Source of the DNA: Octopus vulgaris
Taxonomy: Eukaryota
NCBI GenBank assembly: GCA_951406725.2
Contig: OX597814.1
Location: 195,672,001-195,736,000 of the forward strand
Direction: 5' to 3'
DNA: 64,000 nucleotides
Made by a program: the position numbers and the translations under genes. Shown here piece after piece: positions 52,087-64,000 of the stretch. Each line of letters opens with the position of its first letter. Position 1 is the first letter of the stretch. A model generated the notes under the pieces. The model worked only from the letters and a program-made list of their open reading frames with translations. It was not told where the DNA came from and searched no databases.

Positions 52087-52802
52087 ACGTACATACATAC
52101 ATACATACATACATGCATGCATGCATACATACATACATACATACATACATACATACATACATACACACATACATACATGCATGCATACATACATACATAC
52201 ACACATACATACATGCATGCATACATACATGCATACATACATACATACATGCATACATACATGCATGCATGCATACATACATACATACATACATACATAC
52301 ATACATACACACATACATACATGCATGCATACATACATGCATACATACATACATACATACATACATGCATGCATGCATACATACATACATACATACATAC
52401 ATACATACATACATACATACACACATACATACATGCATGCATACATACATACATACATACACACATACATACATACACACATGCATACATACATACATAC
52501 ACACATACATACATGCATGCATACATACATACATACACACATACATACATGCATACATACATACATACATACATGCATACATGTATGCATGCATACATGC
52601 ATGCATGCATGCATACATACATACATACATACATGCATACATACATGCATGCATACATACATGCATGCATACATACATGCATGCATACATGCATGCATAC
52701 ATACATACATACATACATACATACATGCATGCATACATACATACATACATACATACATACATACATACATACATACATACATACATACATACATACATAC
52801 AT
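52087..52802. repeat. Compound (CATA)n/(CATG)n microsatellite
   Basis: ~715 bp of tetramer repeats. Confidence 0.97.
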
Positions 52803-52984
52803 AACAAAGATTTATGGCAATTTGTGTTAATGTACGATTTGGAAATTATAGAAAATGTTGTTGGCAAATCCTTCGATAGGTTTTGTGTGAAAACATCTGC
52901 AACATAACAAAAGTGAAATCCAAAAGTCTGTCTTTGTCTGTGACCCCAGACAATGCTTCAATTGATAGAGTTTTCTCTTGCACT

Positions 52985-54635
52985 TATTCCAGCCATTAGA
53001 CTGTGGCCATGCTGGAGCACCGCCTTGAAGAATCTTTTGTCATATGAATCTACCACAACACATTTTTTTAAAAACCTCGTACTTATTCTATCGGTCATCT
53101 TTGCCGAGTGTATAATTTGCAGGGACGTAAATACACTAAACCGGTTGTCAAGCGTTGGGATGGGGCAAACACAGACACAAAGAACATACACACATACATA
53201 TTATATATAAATATATAGAAGTTGGAAATACCTTAAAACACCTTAAAATGGAAACAACTTAAAATTTCAAACAAATTTATTTTGATACGGGGTAGGACCA
53301 TATTTGGCAGTAATCACAGCTTGGATTCTAAGAGGTATGCACTCGTACAAAGTTTGAATTTGTTCCAAAGACATTTATCTCCATTCTTCAGCTAAAACAG
53401 TTTTCAGTTCTTGTAATGATGATGGTGGAGGAGGATATCGACTCCTTATTTGTTCTTCTAAAATCCATTATAGATGTTATAAATGTTAAATAATATTGAG
53501 ATCTGTGGGCTGTGGTGGCCAGATAAGATGTTCAACTTCACTAGAATGTTCCTCTTGCCATTCAGTAACAACTTTAGCTGTGTGAATTGATATATTATCG
53601 CCCTGAAAGATTGTGCTTCCCTTCATAAACAGTTCCGCAACCATAGAATGAATTTGATCAGATAAAGTGCTTAAACAGTGTTGACTATTAGTTCTGCCAT
53701 GAAGGGAAACTATTGGGCCGGCGTTTCCAAGATATAACCCCTCACCCACATCATCACAGATCCTCCTCCATGTCTAACAGTTGGAAGAAGGCAGTTTGGG
53801 TCAAATGCTTCTTTTGGCTGTCTCCACACGTATACTCGACCGGTGGTCGGAAATAAGGTAAAGGTTGACTCGTACGAGAAAATAACATTCTTCTACTGCT
53901 CTAGGGACCAGTTCAGTTTTTGAAAGTAGTGGTTTTCTGATTGCAGCCATCCCGTGAAATCCAGCGTAGTGCAGATCCTGTCGAACAGTTTTTGTGGAAA
54001 CTAGCTTTTCGAGGTCGTCATTAATCTCTGCAGTAATTTTGAGAGCTGTAAGTTTGTGATCCTTTCTAACAATTCGCGTAAGAATCCGACGGTCCCTATC
54101 TGAAAGTTCTGGTTTTCTTCCGGAGTTTTGTTTCGACGAGGAGGTTTTTCTCTCATACTCAAAGGCTGTCATTACTTTCGAGACAATACTTATTGATACA
54201 CCAAATATTTTGGCTGTATTTCGTTACGCTAGCGCCTGCCATTCGAGCACCAACAATTTGACATCTTTGAAAGTCCGATAGATTTGTCATTTTAATGAAT
54301 TTTAATTACCTTTTTCTGATAATATCTGAAAAGGAGCTGCAATTTTAGCAAAACACATCAAGCAACACTAATAACAAATCAAAAACCATAAAAATAAACA
54401 AGCTTTTGACGGTTTTATAGATTTTTCAAAATTATGATGCTATGATTCTAGGTGTTTCCATTATTTTGTCCAACTCCTGTGTTTATACACACAGCGGGCT
54501 TCTCTTGCAGTTTCTGCAAACCAGATCCATTCACAAGGATTTGGTCGATTGGGCTATTGTAGAAAAAATCTGCCAAAGGTGCCACGCAGTGGGATTGAAC
54601 CCGGAACTATGTTGTCGGGGAAGCATGCAAGCTTA
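52985..54635 (-). mobile_element. SINE family B split by the Tc1 element
   Basis: 3' half at 52985-53200 and 5' half at 54490-54635. Confidence 0.7.
53216..54479 (-). mobile_element. Near full-length decayed Tc1-like transposon
   Basis: Transposase from ATG at 54290: SGRKPELSDRDRR, RKPLLS, VIFSYES, TVRHGGGSVMMW, FQGDNISIH, WPPQPTDLNII, GPTPY. Degenerate TIRs (caggagttggacaaaataatggaaacacc versus tagaagttggaaa..aaaatggaaacaac). Confidence 0.92.
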
Positions 54636-54784
54636 ACTGAGATCCATTATGGATATTGCCTTAACCCGTAGGTTAGTAGCTTTGTTCCACATGTGAATAT
54701 CCACGAATATATCCCCACATAGCAGGTCCAACCGACTGATTGGTTGTCACTTCTGTCTTTAATTTTCTGCCATCATTTCTCACG

Positions 54785-55000
54785 AGCAAGGCAGCAAGTA
54801 TCGTTAACGCGGCTGACTTAATGTTTGGCGACACTGCTTCCGGCACTTTCGTTCTGGGGTCATATCCTGCCGAGGTCGACTTTGCCATTCATCCTTCGGA
54901 GGTCGATAAAATAAGTACCAGTTATATACTGGAGTCGAGGTGATCGACTACCCTTCACCCCGTAAAATTGCTGACCTTGTGTCAAAATCCGAAGCCATTA
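54785..55000 (+). mobile_element. SINE family A, older copy
   Basis: gccgaggtcgactttgccattcatccttcggaggtcgataaaataagtaccag. Confidence 0.75.
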
Positions 55001-57127
55001 TTTATCACGAGTCGATGATGGGACTTCTAGGAGTCTATCAAAATGCTTGTAATAACGGTCAAAGATGGGACTTCAATATGCTTGTAATGACAGTCAAATA
55101 ACCCTCAGATTATACAATGCCGTTTTGAAGAGTAAAAGAAAACATATTGAACAATGTTGTCTGCGAAAACAGTGGAATGATAACATCTCAAACGTCTTTG
55201 AAAATATGGCTGCTCTATGTGGGCGGACCTTGGGCTAAGTAGCAATAGGAACTGCTGCAGCAGAAATCCTAATTATCCTAAAGTACATCTTCATGTACAT
55301 TTCTATTCCAAACAAACCTCAACAAGTAAGTATAGCCAGTCCTCTGCTTGTCAGAAAGGTTCCTGTTCTGACACTCATGGTGTATATTTCCACCAATCAC
55401 AAACCTCCAATTCTTCGAGCAGAAAATGAATAGCACTTAACTCAATTACTCTTCCTACTTTGAACTTACATCATATGCTGACACAACACGTGTTATGTGA
55501 AACAGCTTTTCCAGCTTGAAGAAACAAAAACAAAAGAAAACAAAACCTGAACCCCCCCCCCCAAGAAAAAGGAAAGAAATACATGTAACGATTCTTTAAG
55601 AAGATTTATGGTAAATTTTATTTCGCTAACATTTGAAGATCTTTTTTCGTTTCTTTTGTGAGAGAAACAGAAAGATTCTATTGGAAATTTGACAATTATA
55701 AAAAGTCTTAGCTCCTCTGGAAAATTGGTAACTGAACAAATTATATTAGAAAGCTTTTAGTCTATTCTGAGCTGTCAATATAACCCATTGAGCTTTAGTT
55801 GGGAAGAAATAAGTTAAGCAACTTCAAACTCAGGTTAACGTCTGAATTTATTATGTTACTCTGCCAGATATCAAGTAATGAAATATATACTAAGGAGCTA
55901 AAAATACATAGTAAGGAATGAAAAAAAAAAAAAAAATAAATCTGTAGCCAAGGAGATGATAATCCTTTCGTCACGTGCTTTCTGGTGCAGAAAAAAGGGA
56001 ATAAATAAAAAACAAACAAAATAAAAGTTAGATTTTTTTTTTTGAAAGATTTCGATTATATAGATATCAAAGTTATTGACAAGTAGTCAAGTTCAAATAG
56101 TTTTCTCTTAAAAAACCCTAAAATATAATGAAAAATATTTGAGTCGATATCAAACGATTTCAATCGATGTTTATTAAATGTATAAAAATCTATAAAAATG
56201 TATAAAAAAGCGGAGTCTTAGGCTTAATGTATTTTTTTTTCACTTCAATCTACAAGATAGCCACGCTGATATTTTTTTTAAAGATTTCATATTCATACCA
56301 CAATCAAAGATAAAACAGCTCAATTAGCTGAGAGAAACGAATAAGCACATAAAAAGAATTTACTTAACAGAGTTAAACTGTTTGAAGCATTAATTTATAA
56401 GTTAGTAATTATTCTGACACCGTATTATTTCACACGATCTATTTAGAGAAGTCAATTAATGTACTTTATAGCCCAATTAGAAGGCAATAAAATTGATAGC
56501 GATTGATATTGGCGTTATGGCTTAGCTTAAACATTAATCTTTTGTGAGGAAACTAAAACAAAAAGAAACACCTCGGCTATATAACTAATGATGAAAAACT
56601 TATAAAAATAAAACAGATGAAGAAATAATACTAAGTTAGTTTTGTTGCAACTGTGGTAAATAGACCACAAATTTGGCTCTATTAAGAGTTGATCCTAATG
56701 TCAACAACTACGAGAACGACAGCGGTAATAAATATGAACAGAAACAAACAAGAAAAGAACAACAAAAAAAAAGGAAAAACAATAACAACAGTTCTTAGAT
56801 ACTTAAATTGGAATCAAAATCTTCATATAAATCTCAATGTTTATTAAGCAGCAAATCTAAAGTTTGGACAATATATTTACGATATTTTAATCACCTAAAA
56901 CATGGTTATAAAACTGTTGAGTGTTTGTTTTTTGTATGTTATTAAACTCAACCCTTTTAGATATTTTATGTATATCCTGTTTAAATAATCGCTTCTGATT
57001 TCGGCACAAGACCAGCAATTTTGAGCGGGAGGGTGTTAGTCGAGGCCATAAACCGAAGTTGTTGACTGGATACTTTAGTTTATTGACGGCGTAGGGGAAA
57101 ATAGCTAGGATGAACTTGGCAGGATTT

Positions 57128-57655
57128 GCATAAGGACAACTATGAAGTCACTTGGAATGGATCCAGAAGACATAGAAACCCTTGCTTTGGATCGAGCTGG
57201 ATGGCGAACAAAAGTGTGGAGTGAAAGCGTTTGAAGAGGCCAGGATAACGCATGTAAGACTCAACAGACATCTAAGGAAGAATGTTACGATCGAGAAGGT
57301 GAATGACAATGACTTTTATGTGTACAGAATTTGTGACAGAGCATGCCTTTCTTTTGCTGGGCTCAAATCTCATTTGCGAACCTATGGAGAACGAACCTCC
57401 ACCAAATATTCTGCCTATATGTCTGTGCACAAATTTGAATACAGTGTATGCCAGGTTTGCGAATCCAACGGAGGTCTCAAAAGACATTTTAATATGCACA
57501 AAGATCAGAACTTATCTGCAGCTCTTGGTGGTCCAAATCGGATGTGCAATCTATGTAGGTGTTTTTGCAGAACATTGTCTGATTTAAAAAGCCACATCAG
57601 ATGCCATGATGGTTCTAAGGTGGTGAAACGCTGCATAAGGAGTAGACAACAACCA
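57128..57655 (+). mobile_element. RTE-type LINE 3' end with three C2H2-like fingers
   Basis: MKSLGMDPEDIETLALDRAGWR / frameshift / VKAFEEAR..[Y]RICDRACLSFAGLKSHLRT, CQVCESNGGLKRHFNMH, CNLCRCFCRTLSDLKSHIRCH; ends in (CA)n. Confidence 0.75.
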
Positions 57656-58017
57656 CACACACACACGCACACACACACGCACACACACACACACACACAG
57701 ACACACATACACATGTATCACTGGCGGTGCCCCAGCATGGCTGCAGCCTCAAGGCTAAAACATATAAAAGAATATATATATATAGTAGACTAATAAAGAG
57801 AATGTTTTTGGTACAGTATTATACATATTTGAATAAATGAGTAGAGATGGCTTTTTGAGAGGATAATTTTTATTTTAATCTTAATAATAATATTTACAGA
57901 AAGTAAACATTAATACTAAGATTAAATAAAAATTATACCCACAGAAAGCAATTTCTACTCATTCTTTCAAATATATATATATATATATGTATATATACTC
58001 TGTTTATTTCCTCGTGT

Positions 58018-58056
58018 TCTTTTCTGTTGAAGAGCGTAGACACGAAATGTAAAAGA
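58018..58056 (+). ncRNA. Degenerate copy of the CUGUUGA minimal hammerhead
   Basis: tctttt-CTGTTGA-a-gagcgtagacac-GAAA-tg-TA-aaaga; stem II is broken. Confidence 0.35.
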
Positions 58057-58359
58057 CTTTCTCACCTTTCGTAGCGTTAGACTAATACACATGTTTGTTG
58101 TTTATTACACCTGTCTTCATCTTTTGTTTCTCTGTAAATTTCAGCCACATATAGACATATGTGTGTATGCGCGTGTGAGAGTGAGTGAGTGGGTGTTTTA
58201 AGTTCATGATAATCAAAAGTGTTAAACGATGACATCGACAGACACATTGTATCAGATTCATTTATTCTATTAGCATTCGGGCGTGGATGAGGTGCAATGA
58301 GAGGCGAAAAGCAAATATAAATTTTGGGATTTGAACTCAGATTTTACAGAAATTAGGTA

Positions 58360-58559
58360 AAGGTATGGCTGTGCGGTTGAGAAGGGCGCTTTGCAACCAT
58401 GTGACTTCGTGGTCTGTCCATCAGTGCGGCATCTTGGGCAAGTGTTTTCCACTGTAGCTATGAGCCCACCAATGCCTTGTGAGTAAATGTATCAAACCGA
58501 AACTCTGTGTGTGTGTGTGTGTAAGCCCGTATATGTATGTATGAATATATGTATGTATG

Positions 58560-58621
<62 letters not shown>

Positions 58622-58800
58622 TGCGTGTGTGTGTCCACTTAGAGATTTATGTGTCTCTCATAAACAGTTCACATCCGTATTAGTTTGTTTACATCCTTTA
58701 CGTTCTCGCAAATTAGCGGTTCAGTAAAAGTGATGTTAAAAGAAATACCTTGCTTAGTGCTGTGGTCAATTTGATCGGCAAAACCCTTTTTGGGAAAACA
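58360..58800 (+). mobile_element. SINE family B, old copy
   Basis: gtgcggcatcttgggcaagtgttttc..ccttgtgagt, internal microsatellite, ttagcggttcag. Confidence 0.7.
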
Positions 58801-58879
58801 GCTTTTTTATTCCGGGGCCTCAAGTTGTCTTGACCATTGTCCGGCGCTTTACTGAATAGCTCTGCCATGAAAGACGACA

Positions 58880-59670
58880 TTTATATTAGTTTCAATCTTT
58901 GGAACAAGGCCCACAAATTTGGGGAAGGGGATAAGTCGATTACATCAAAACCAGTGCTGATCGACTCTGAAATGATGAAAAGGCAATTCGACCTCGGTAG
59001 AATTTGAACGCAGAACGTAAAGACGACAGACGAAATGCCCGGCGAGCTAACGATTCTTATTTCTTTATTGCCCACAAGTTGCTAAACATAGAGGGGACAA
59101 ACAAGGACAGACAAAGGGACTAAGTCGATTACATCGACCACAGTGCGTAACTGGTACTTAATGAAAGGCAAAGTCGACCTCGGCGGAATTTGAACTCACA
59201 ACGTAACGGCAGACGAAATACCTATTTCTTTACTACCCACAAGGGGCTAAACACAGACAGGACAAACAAGCACAGACAAACGGATTAAGTCGATTACATC
59301 GACCCCAGTACGTAACTGGTACTTAATTTATCGACCCTGAAAGGATGAAAGGCAAAATCGACCTCGGCAGAATTTGAACTCAGAACGTAACGGCAGACGA
59401 AATACGGCTACGCATTTCACCCGGCGTGCTAACGTTTCTGCCAGCTCGGCGCCCTAAGAGATACATGTATTAACATTTTCTATTATAGTTCTGACATTTT
59501 GGTAGAGGATTTAATCAACATCAATGTTTCACTAGTTCTTAATTTATCGACTCCGAAAAGATGAAAGACAAAGTCAACCTTGGCAGGATTAGAACTCAGA
59601 ACGTAGCGGCTTAAGAAATACTGCTAAGCATTTCGCCCGGCGTGTTAACGATTCTGCTAGCTCACCGCCC
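58880..59670 (-). mobile_element. Family A SINE multimer and neighbours
   Basis: Dimer at 59058-59455 with the junction cagacgaaatacc|tatttctttact; older copies on either side. Confidence 0.85.
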
Positions 59671-60375
59671 TAAGGAGTATATATATTAATAATATGTAAG
59701 CATACCAGGCACCGAAAGAGCACTCTATACTAGCTTAGCCAACCAGAAATGACAGCCTAATATCCCCTCAAATAATACCTATCTTCTTAAATATGAAAAG
59801 AATATATCGCACAAAAATTGCAGGGTGGCCACGGTTAGAAAGTCTTTGGTTATGCGTTATTAGTTCGAAGCAATAACAATAATGTTTCTTCATGTCAGTC
59901 AATAAGCCATCTTCTACGTGATCAGGCAACATGTTAGAAATAACAGCCAAGTTGCTTCTGAAACAAAGCATTACAAGCTTAGACACCGATATTAATGAAA
60001 AGACAAGGTCAGAAATGGAACACCTTTAATCATAGTTCTAATTTGTCAAACTCGTTTGTGAGTAATAACTATTGGTGAGTAATAATTATTGCCTATTCGG
60101 AATTTTCCATGCAAGCCACTTCATATGATCGTTATTTTAAATAATGGTCTTATCCTTTATATATATATATACAAGTAGTGAACCGAGTAACTGGAAAAAT
60201 ATTTAATTTCTAAACGAATATTTGTCTGTTTACACAGCTCATAATTATTATAAATTATCGTAGATGGGTTGAATAAAAAGTGAATAAATAAAAGGGAAGG
60301 TAGGAAGGTAACTGCAAAGATCTTTATTCCACTAATATATCTATCTTTCTGTCTGTCTATCTATCTATCTATATG

Positions 60376-60464
<89 letters not shown>

Positions 60465-60679
60465 GTGCCTGTCTGTCTGTCTATCTGTTTGTCTGTCTGT
60501 ATGTTTCTCCGTCCGTCCGGCCATCCGTCCATCAATCCATCCATCCATCCGTCTATTTGTTTGTCTGACTGTCTGTTTGTTCATCTTTTTATTTATGTGT
60601 TATATATTTTTTAAAATTTGGTTTCACCAAAAGTTTTTTTTCCTTTTCTCCTATAATCAAATCTCACACATTTGTTTGA

Positions 60680-61400
60680 CATAATCTGTTCGAACGCTTA
60701 AGCTCTCTACCAATCAATGTGTCCCAGTGAGTCCCTTCTTTTTTTCTTTCTTTCTTTCTTTCTTTCTTAAAAGAAACGTATAGTAATTTTTGTAGTCATT
60801 TGAAAGTTGCGTTTTTTTAAAGCTTTGCACTTGCAACCTGATTATACAAAATACCACTTTGTATGTGAATGAGACGGTCGTGCTCGGGTGTCACATTAAA
60901 CCAGGAAAGAATTACTTAAAGGAAAAAATCATTTGAACCTGGTATAAAAGAAGTTCTTAATTTTCAGTCTACAACTACCAAAAAACAAAAAAAAAAAAAA
61001 CATAAAAAGAAAAAACAACAAAATAAAAGAAAACAAAACAAGACAAAAAGAGCGAAAAACATTTTACCCGCATCCCAGCAAGTCAGCATTACAAGCACTA
61101 CATAATAAGTTTGGAGTAGTAATACAAAAAAGTAACTTGGCAAAGGCCATTGTTCAGAGTGAGGCAGTTTTCCAATATTTGAAACAGAAGTTGTCAGCAA
61201 TTTGTGAGGTAAAAATTAAAATCGTTTTTGTCAGTCCTGACATTTACAAATTCCTTAAAGGGAAGGCATTTTGATGATATTTTGGAAAGTAAGGTAGAAA
61301 AATCAGCGTGGGAAACATTCGAAATAGTCACTAACTTTTTTCATTAACAGCAATGAATGAAAATTATGAGACTTCGAGCCTTTTAATTATCTACTTACGG
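60680..61400 (+). pseudogene. Highly decayed DNA-transposon transposase (Sola-like, family tentative)
   Basis: Fragments CSHLKVA, LQPDYTKY, VCE*DGRAR, LHIKFG, FQYLKQKLSAICEVKIK, VEKSAWETF match, from memory, the motif series ICGDLKV/GYTKY/CEWDSRAR/LHIKLG/EAKIKEG/EK.AW of a widespread invertebrate transposase. Confidence 0.6.
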
Positions 61401-61436
61401 CATATCACGGAAGATATATATATTTCTTTTTACATA

Positions 61437-61852
61437 AGGCGTTGAGCAGGCAGAAACGTTAGCACGCCGGGCGATATGCTTAGCGGTATTTCGTCTGCCA
61501 TTATATCTGAGTTTAAATTCCGCCGAGGTCGATTTTGCCTTTCATCTTTTCGGGGTCGATAAATTAAATACCAGTTACGCACTGGGATCGATGTAATCGA
61601 CTTAATCCGTCTGTCTGTCCTTGTTTGTCTTCTCTGTGTTTAGCCCCTTGTGGGTAGTAAAGAAATAGGTATTTCGTCTGCCGCTACGTTCTGAGTTCAA
61701 ATTCCGCCGAGGTCGACTTTGCTGCCTTTCATCCTTTCGGGGTCGATAAATTAAGTACCAGTTACGCACTGTGGTCGATATAATCGACTTAATACCTTTG
61801 TCTGTCCTTGTTTGTCCCCTCTATGTTTAACCCCTTGTGGGTAATAAAGAAA
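61437..61852 (+). mobile_element. SINE family A dimer with a single ~22-bp TSD
   Basis: atatatatttctttttacataa on both flanks; second body starts at ~61668. Confidence 0.9.
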
Positions 61853-62171
61853 TATATATTTCTTTTTACATAAAAATAGTGTAGGGTGGTGAGGGATGAG
61901 TATGGTAAGATATTTCACCAGGTCTTTGCTGTAATGGGGGGAAAATAACTCACTATTAACAGGGCAAATGGACACACGAATATTGGCAGATTATTGTTGA
62001 AATTCTTCCAAAGGTTGTGTGACATATTTACCAGAGACATAGTGAGTGATGAGAACTTTATATCCAAATCTACTTAAACGCCATGTATAATATCTCATAT
62101 TCTGTTAGTAAACAAAACTATTATTCAGATACAAGGCCAACAAGTTTGCCGGGAGGGTATTAATTGATAAA

Positions 62172-62440
62172 AGGCGGCGAGCTGGCAGAAACGTTAGCAC
62201 ACCGGGCAAAATGCTTAGCAGTATTTCGTCTGCCGTTACGTTCTGAGTTCAAATTCAGCCGAGGTCGACTTTACCTTTCATCCTTTCGGGGTCGATTAAA
62301 TAAGTACCAGTTACGCACTGGGGTGGATGTAATCGACTTAATCCTTTTGTCTGTCCTTGTTTGTCCCCTCTGTGTTTAGCTCCTTGTGGGTAGTAAAGAA
62401 ATAGGAATTTCGTCTGCCGCTACGTAGTAAAGAAATAAGT
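62172..62440 (+). mobile_element. SINE family A plus an abortive second unit
   Basis: Full unit followed by ggaatttcgtctgccgctacgtagtaaagaaata. Confidence 0.88.
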
Positions 62441-62589
62441 ATAAATCGATAATATCAAGTTCAGCTCTTTTCGGTCCCGAAATGATGAGTAGCAAAGTTA
62501 ACCTCGGTTGAACTTGAATCCCGACCATAAAACGCAAGAACAAAAGTGCATGGCTTTTTTTCGACGTTCTAACGAATCTGCCAAATCAA

Positions 62590-62845
62590 ACGAGACTAAT
62601 TTGCACATCCTCTGATAACACACGGATGGTCATTCGACGATTTCCCCTCACAGCTGCACGCACATCTGCGATGTTTTTCTCAGTTCTGTTGGCTGCGGGT
62701 CTCCCAGAACGTTCGTCTCTATCGATATTTTTTCGGCCATCTTGGAAACGCCTAAACCGCTCGTACACTTGTGTGCGGTTTATACACTCCTCTCCATACG
62801 CTTTCTGCAAATTTGCACAGGCCTCTGAGCAGGTATCGCCATGAC
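62590..62845 (-). pseudogene. Mariner-type transposase N-terminal HTH fragment
   Basis: LQKAYGEECINRTQVYERFRRFQDGRKNIDRDERSGRP..NRRMTIRVLSEDV. Confidence 0.88.
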
Positions 62846-62911
62846 AACTTTCTCTGTCATGATCAACGCGACAATCACATACTACACATCTTCCACACAC
62901 ACACACACGCA

Positions 62912-62951
<40 letters not shown>

Positions 62952-63117
62952 GATATATATATATTATATATTTGCACTACTCAAGCAACATGCGAGCGCA
63001 CAATATAAATACAAAACTAACGTGTAACATACATACACACATACGCTGATACACGCACACACGCACGCACGCACGCAAGCATACACACACACAGATATAT
63101 ATGTATGCACGTGTATA

Positions 63118-63165
<48 letters not shown>

Positions 63166-63569
63166 GCTCAATGCTAATTTATTGTGACGACGTACCACTA
63201 AACATCAGGCTGTAGGCGTTTCGGTCTGTCTGTGACTAGATTCCTGCTGTGATAATTATCACGGCCTAGTTTATGTAGGTAATTCGATTAAAGAGTAATG
63301 GAAATATTAAATGATATATTTCATCTTTTTTACTATGTTGAGAATAAAAAGTATCCCCGGCATCCACTTAACACTTTACAGATCGAATCTGTGAGCTAAG
63401 AGGCACCTGGTAGAAATAGTAGCTAAATCATTTATAACAGTTAAATCTTTATGAAAATTACTCTTTATTCTCTTAAACCGGTTAATCGTCAATTTAGATA
63501 TATCTTGACTGGATAAAGAATCCGATATGCTGCTACTGGCCCCTAATTTGGAGTACTTAGTAAAATGCA

Positions 63570-63792
63570 TATCTGGCTTCAAATTAGGGCACTGGGCCAG
63601 CATGTTTTTGAGAGGAGGAGTAAGTCGGTTACACCAATCCCAGTTTTTGAGTGGTACTTATTTTATCGACCCCGAGTGGATGAAAGGCTAAGTCAACATC
63701 CGCGTAATTTGAGCTGAGAAACTAAAGACGGACGAAATGCCGCTAAGTCGCAGTTTATCCGGCGTGCTAATGAATCCGTCAGAGCGCCGCCT
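63570..63792 (-). mobile_element. SINE family A, older copy
   Basis: ggtacttattttatcgaccccgagtggatgaaaggc..ccggcgtgctaa..cgccgcc. Confidence 0.75.
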
Positions 63793-64000
63793 ATTTGATC
63801 AATGCATATATGGAACTAAATAACAAGAACAAGTAAGGTGTGTATCAGTCGCTTTGACACAGTTGTTTCGGCGTCGCTGATTCGCCGATAACCTTTTTGA
63901 CACGAGACGCTTTAATGTTTCTCTAATTCTCCCCCGCCCCTTCCCCCTCTGTGTATATGTGTGTGACCATATTTTTTATTTATGTGTATGAGGAAAAACG

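Noticed and set aside
51895-52907. 260-300-aa ORFs in six frames
   Set aside because: Tetranucleotide microsatellite.
57182-57793. Host C2H2 zinc-finger gene
   Set aside because: No TGEKP linkers, a frameshifted RTE-type upstream sequence, and read-through into (CA)n.

Overview
AT-rich, microsatellite-saturated animal genomic DNA. The SINE repertoire and dense (TA)n/(CA)n/(CATA)n tracts point to an octopus or other coleoid cephalopod (inference). I see no intact host gene; almost every ORF in the track is a translated microsatellite. The window is a mosaic of at least four tRNA-derived SINE families and decayed transposons: CR1-like, R4/Dong, two RTE fragments, Penelope-like elements (PLEs), Tc1, mariner, Helitron and another DDE transposase. 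The main hidden signal is non-coding RNA structure. I could hand-fold seven canonical type I hammerhead ribozymes (HHRs), plus about six variant or degenerate ones, mostly inside short PLE terminal-repeat-like cassettes lodged in (TA)n. Two cassettes are head-to-head inverted duplications carrying a ribozyme on each strand, and a third has the same geometry but carries a SINE head. Other notable items are a 2-kb ORF1-only, RT-less retroelement inserted in a SINE head with a 15-bp TSD, a 181-bp hairpin-bearing tandem array with dimeric higher-order structure, and SINE multimers sharing one fixed junction. All folds and alignments were done by eye, and coordinates of decayed elements are approximate.
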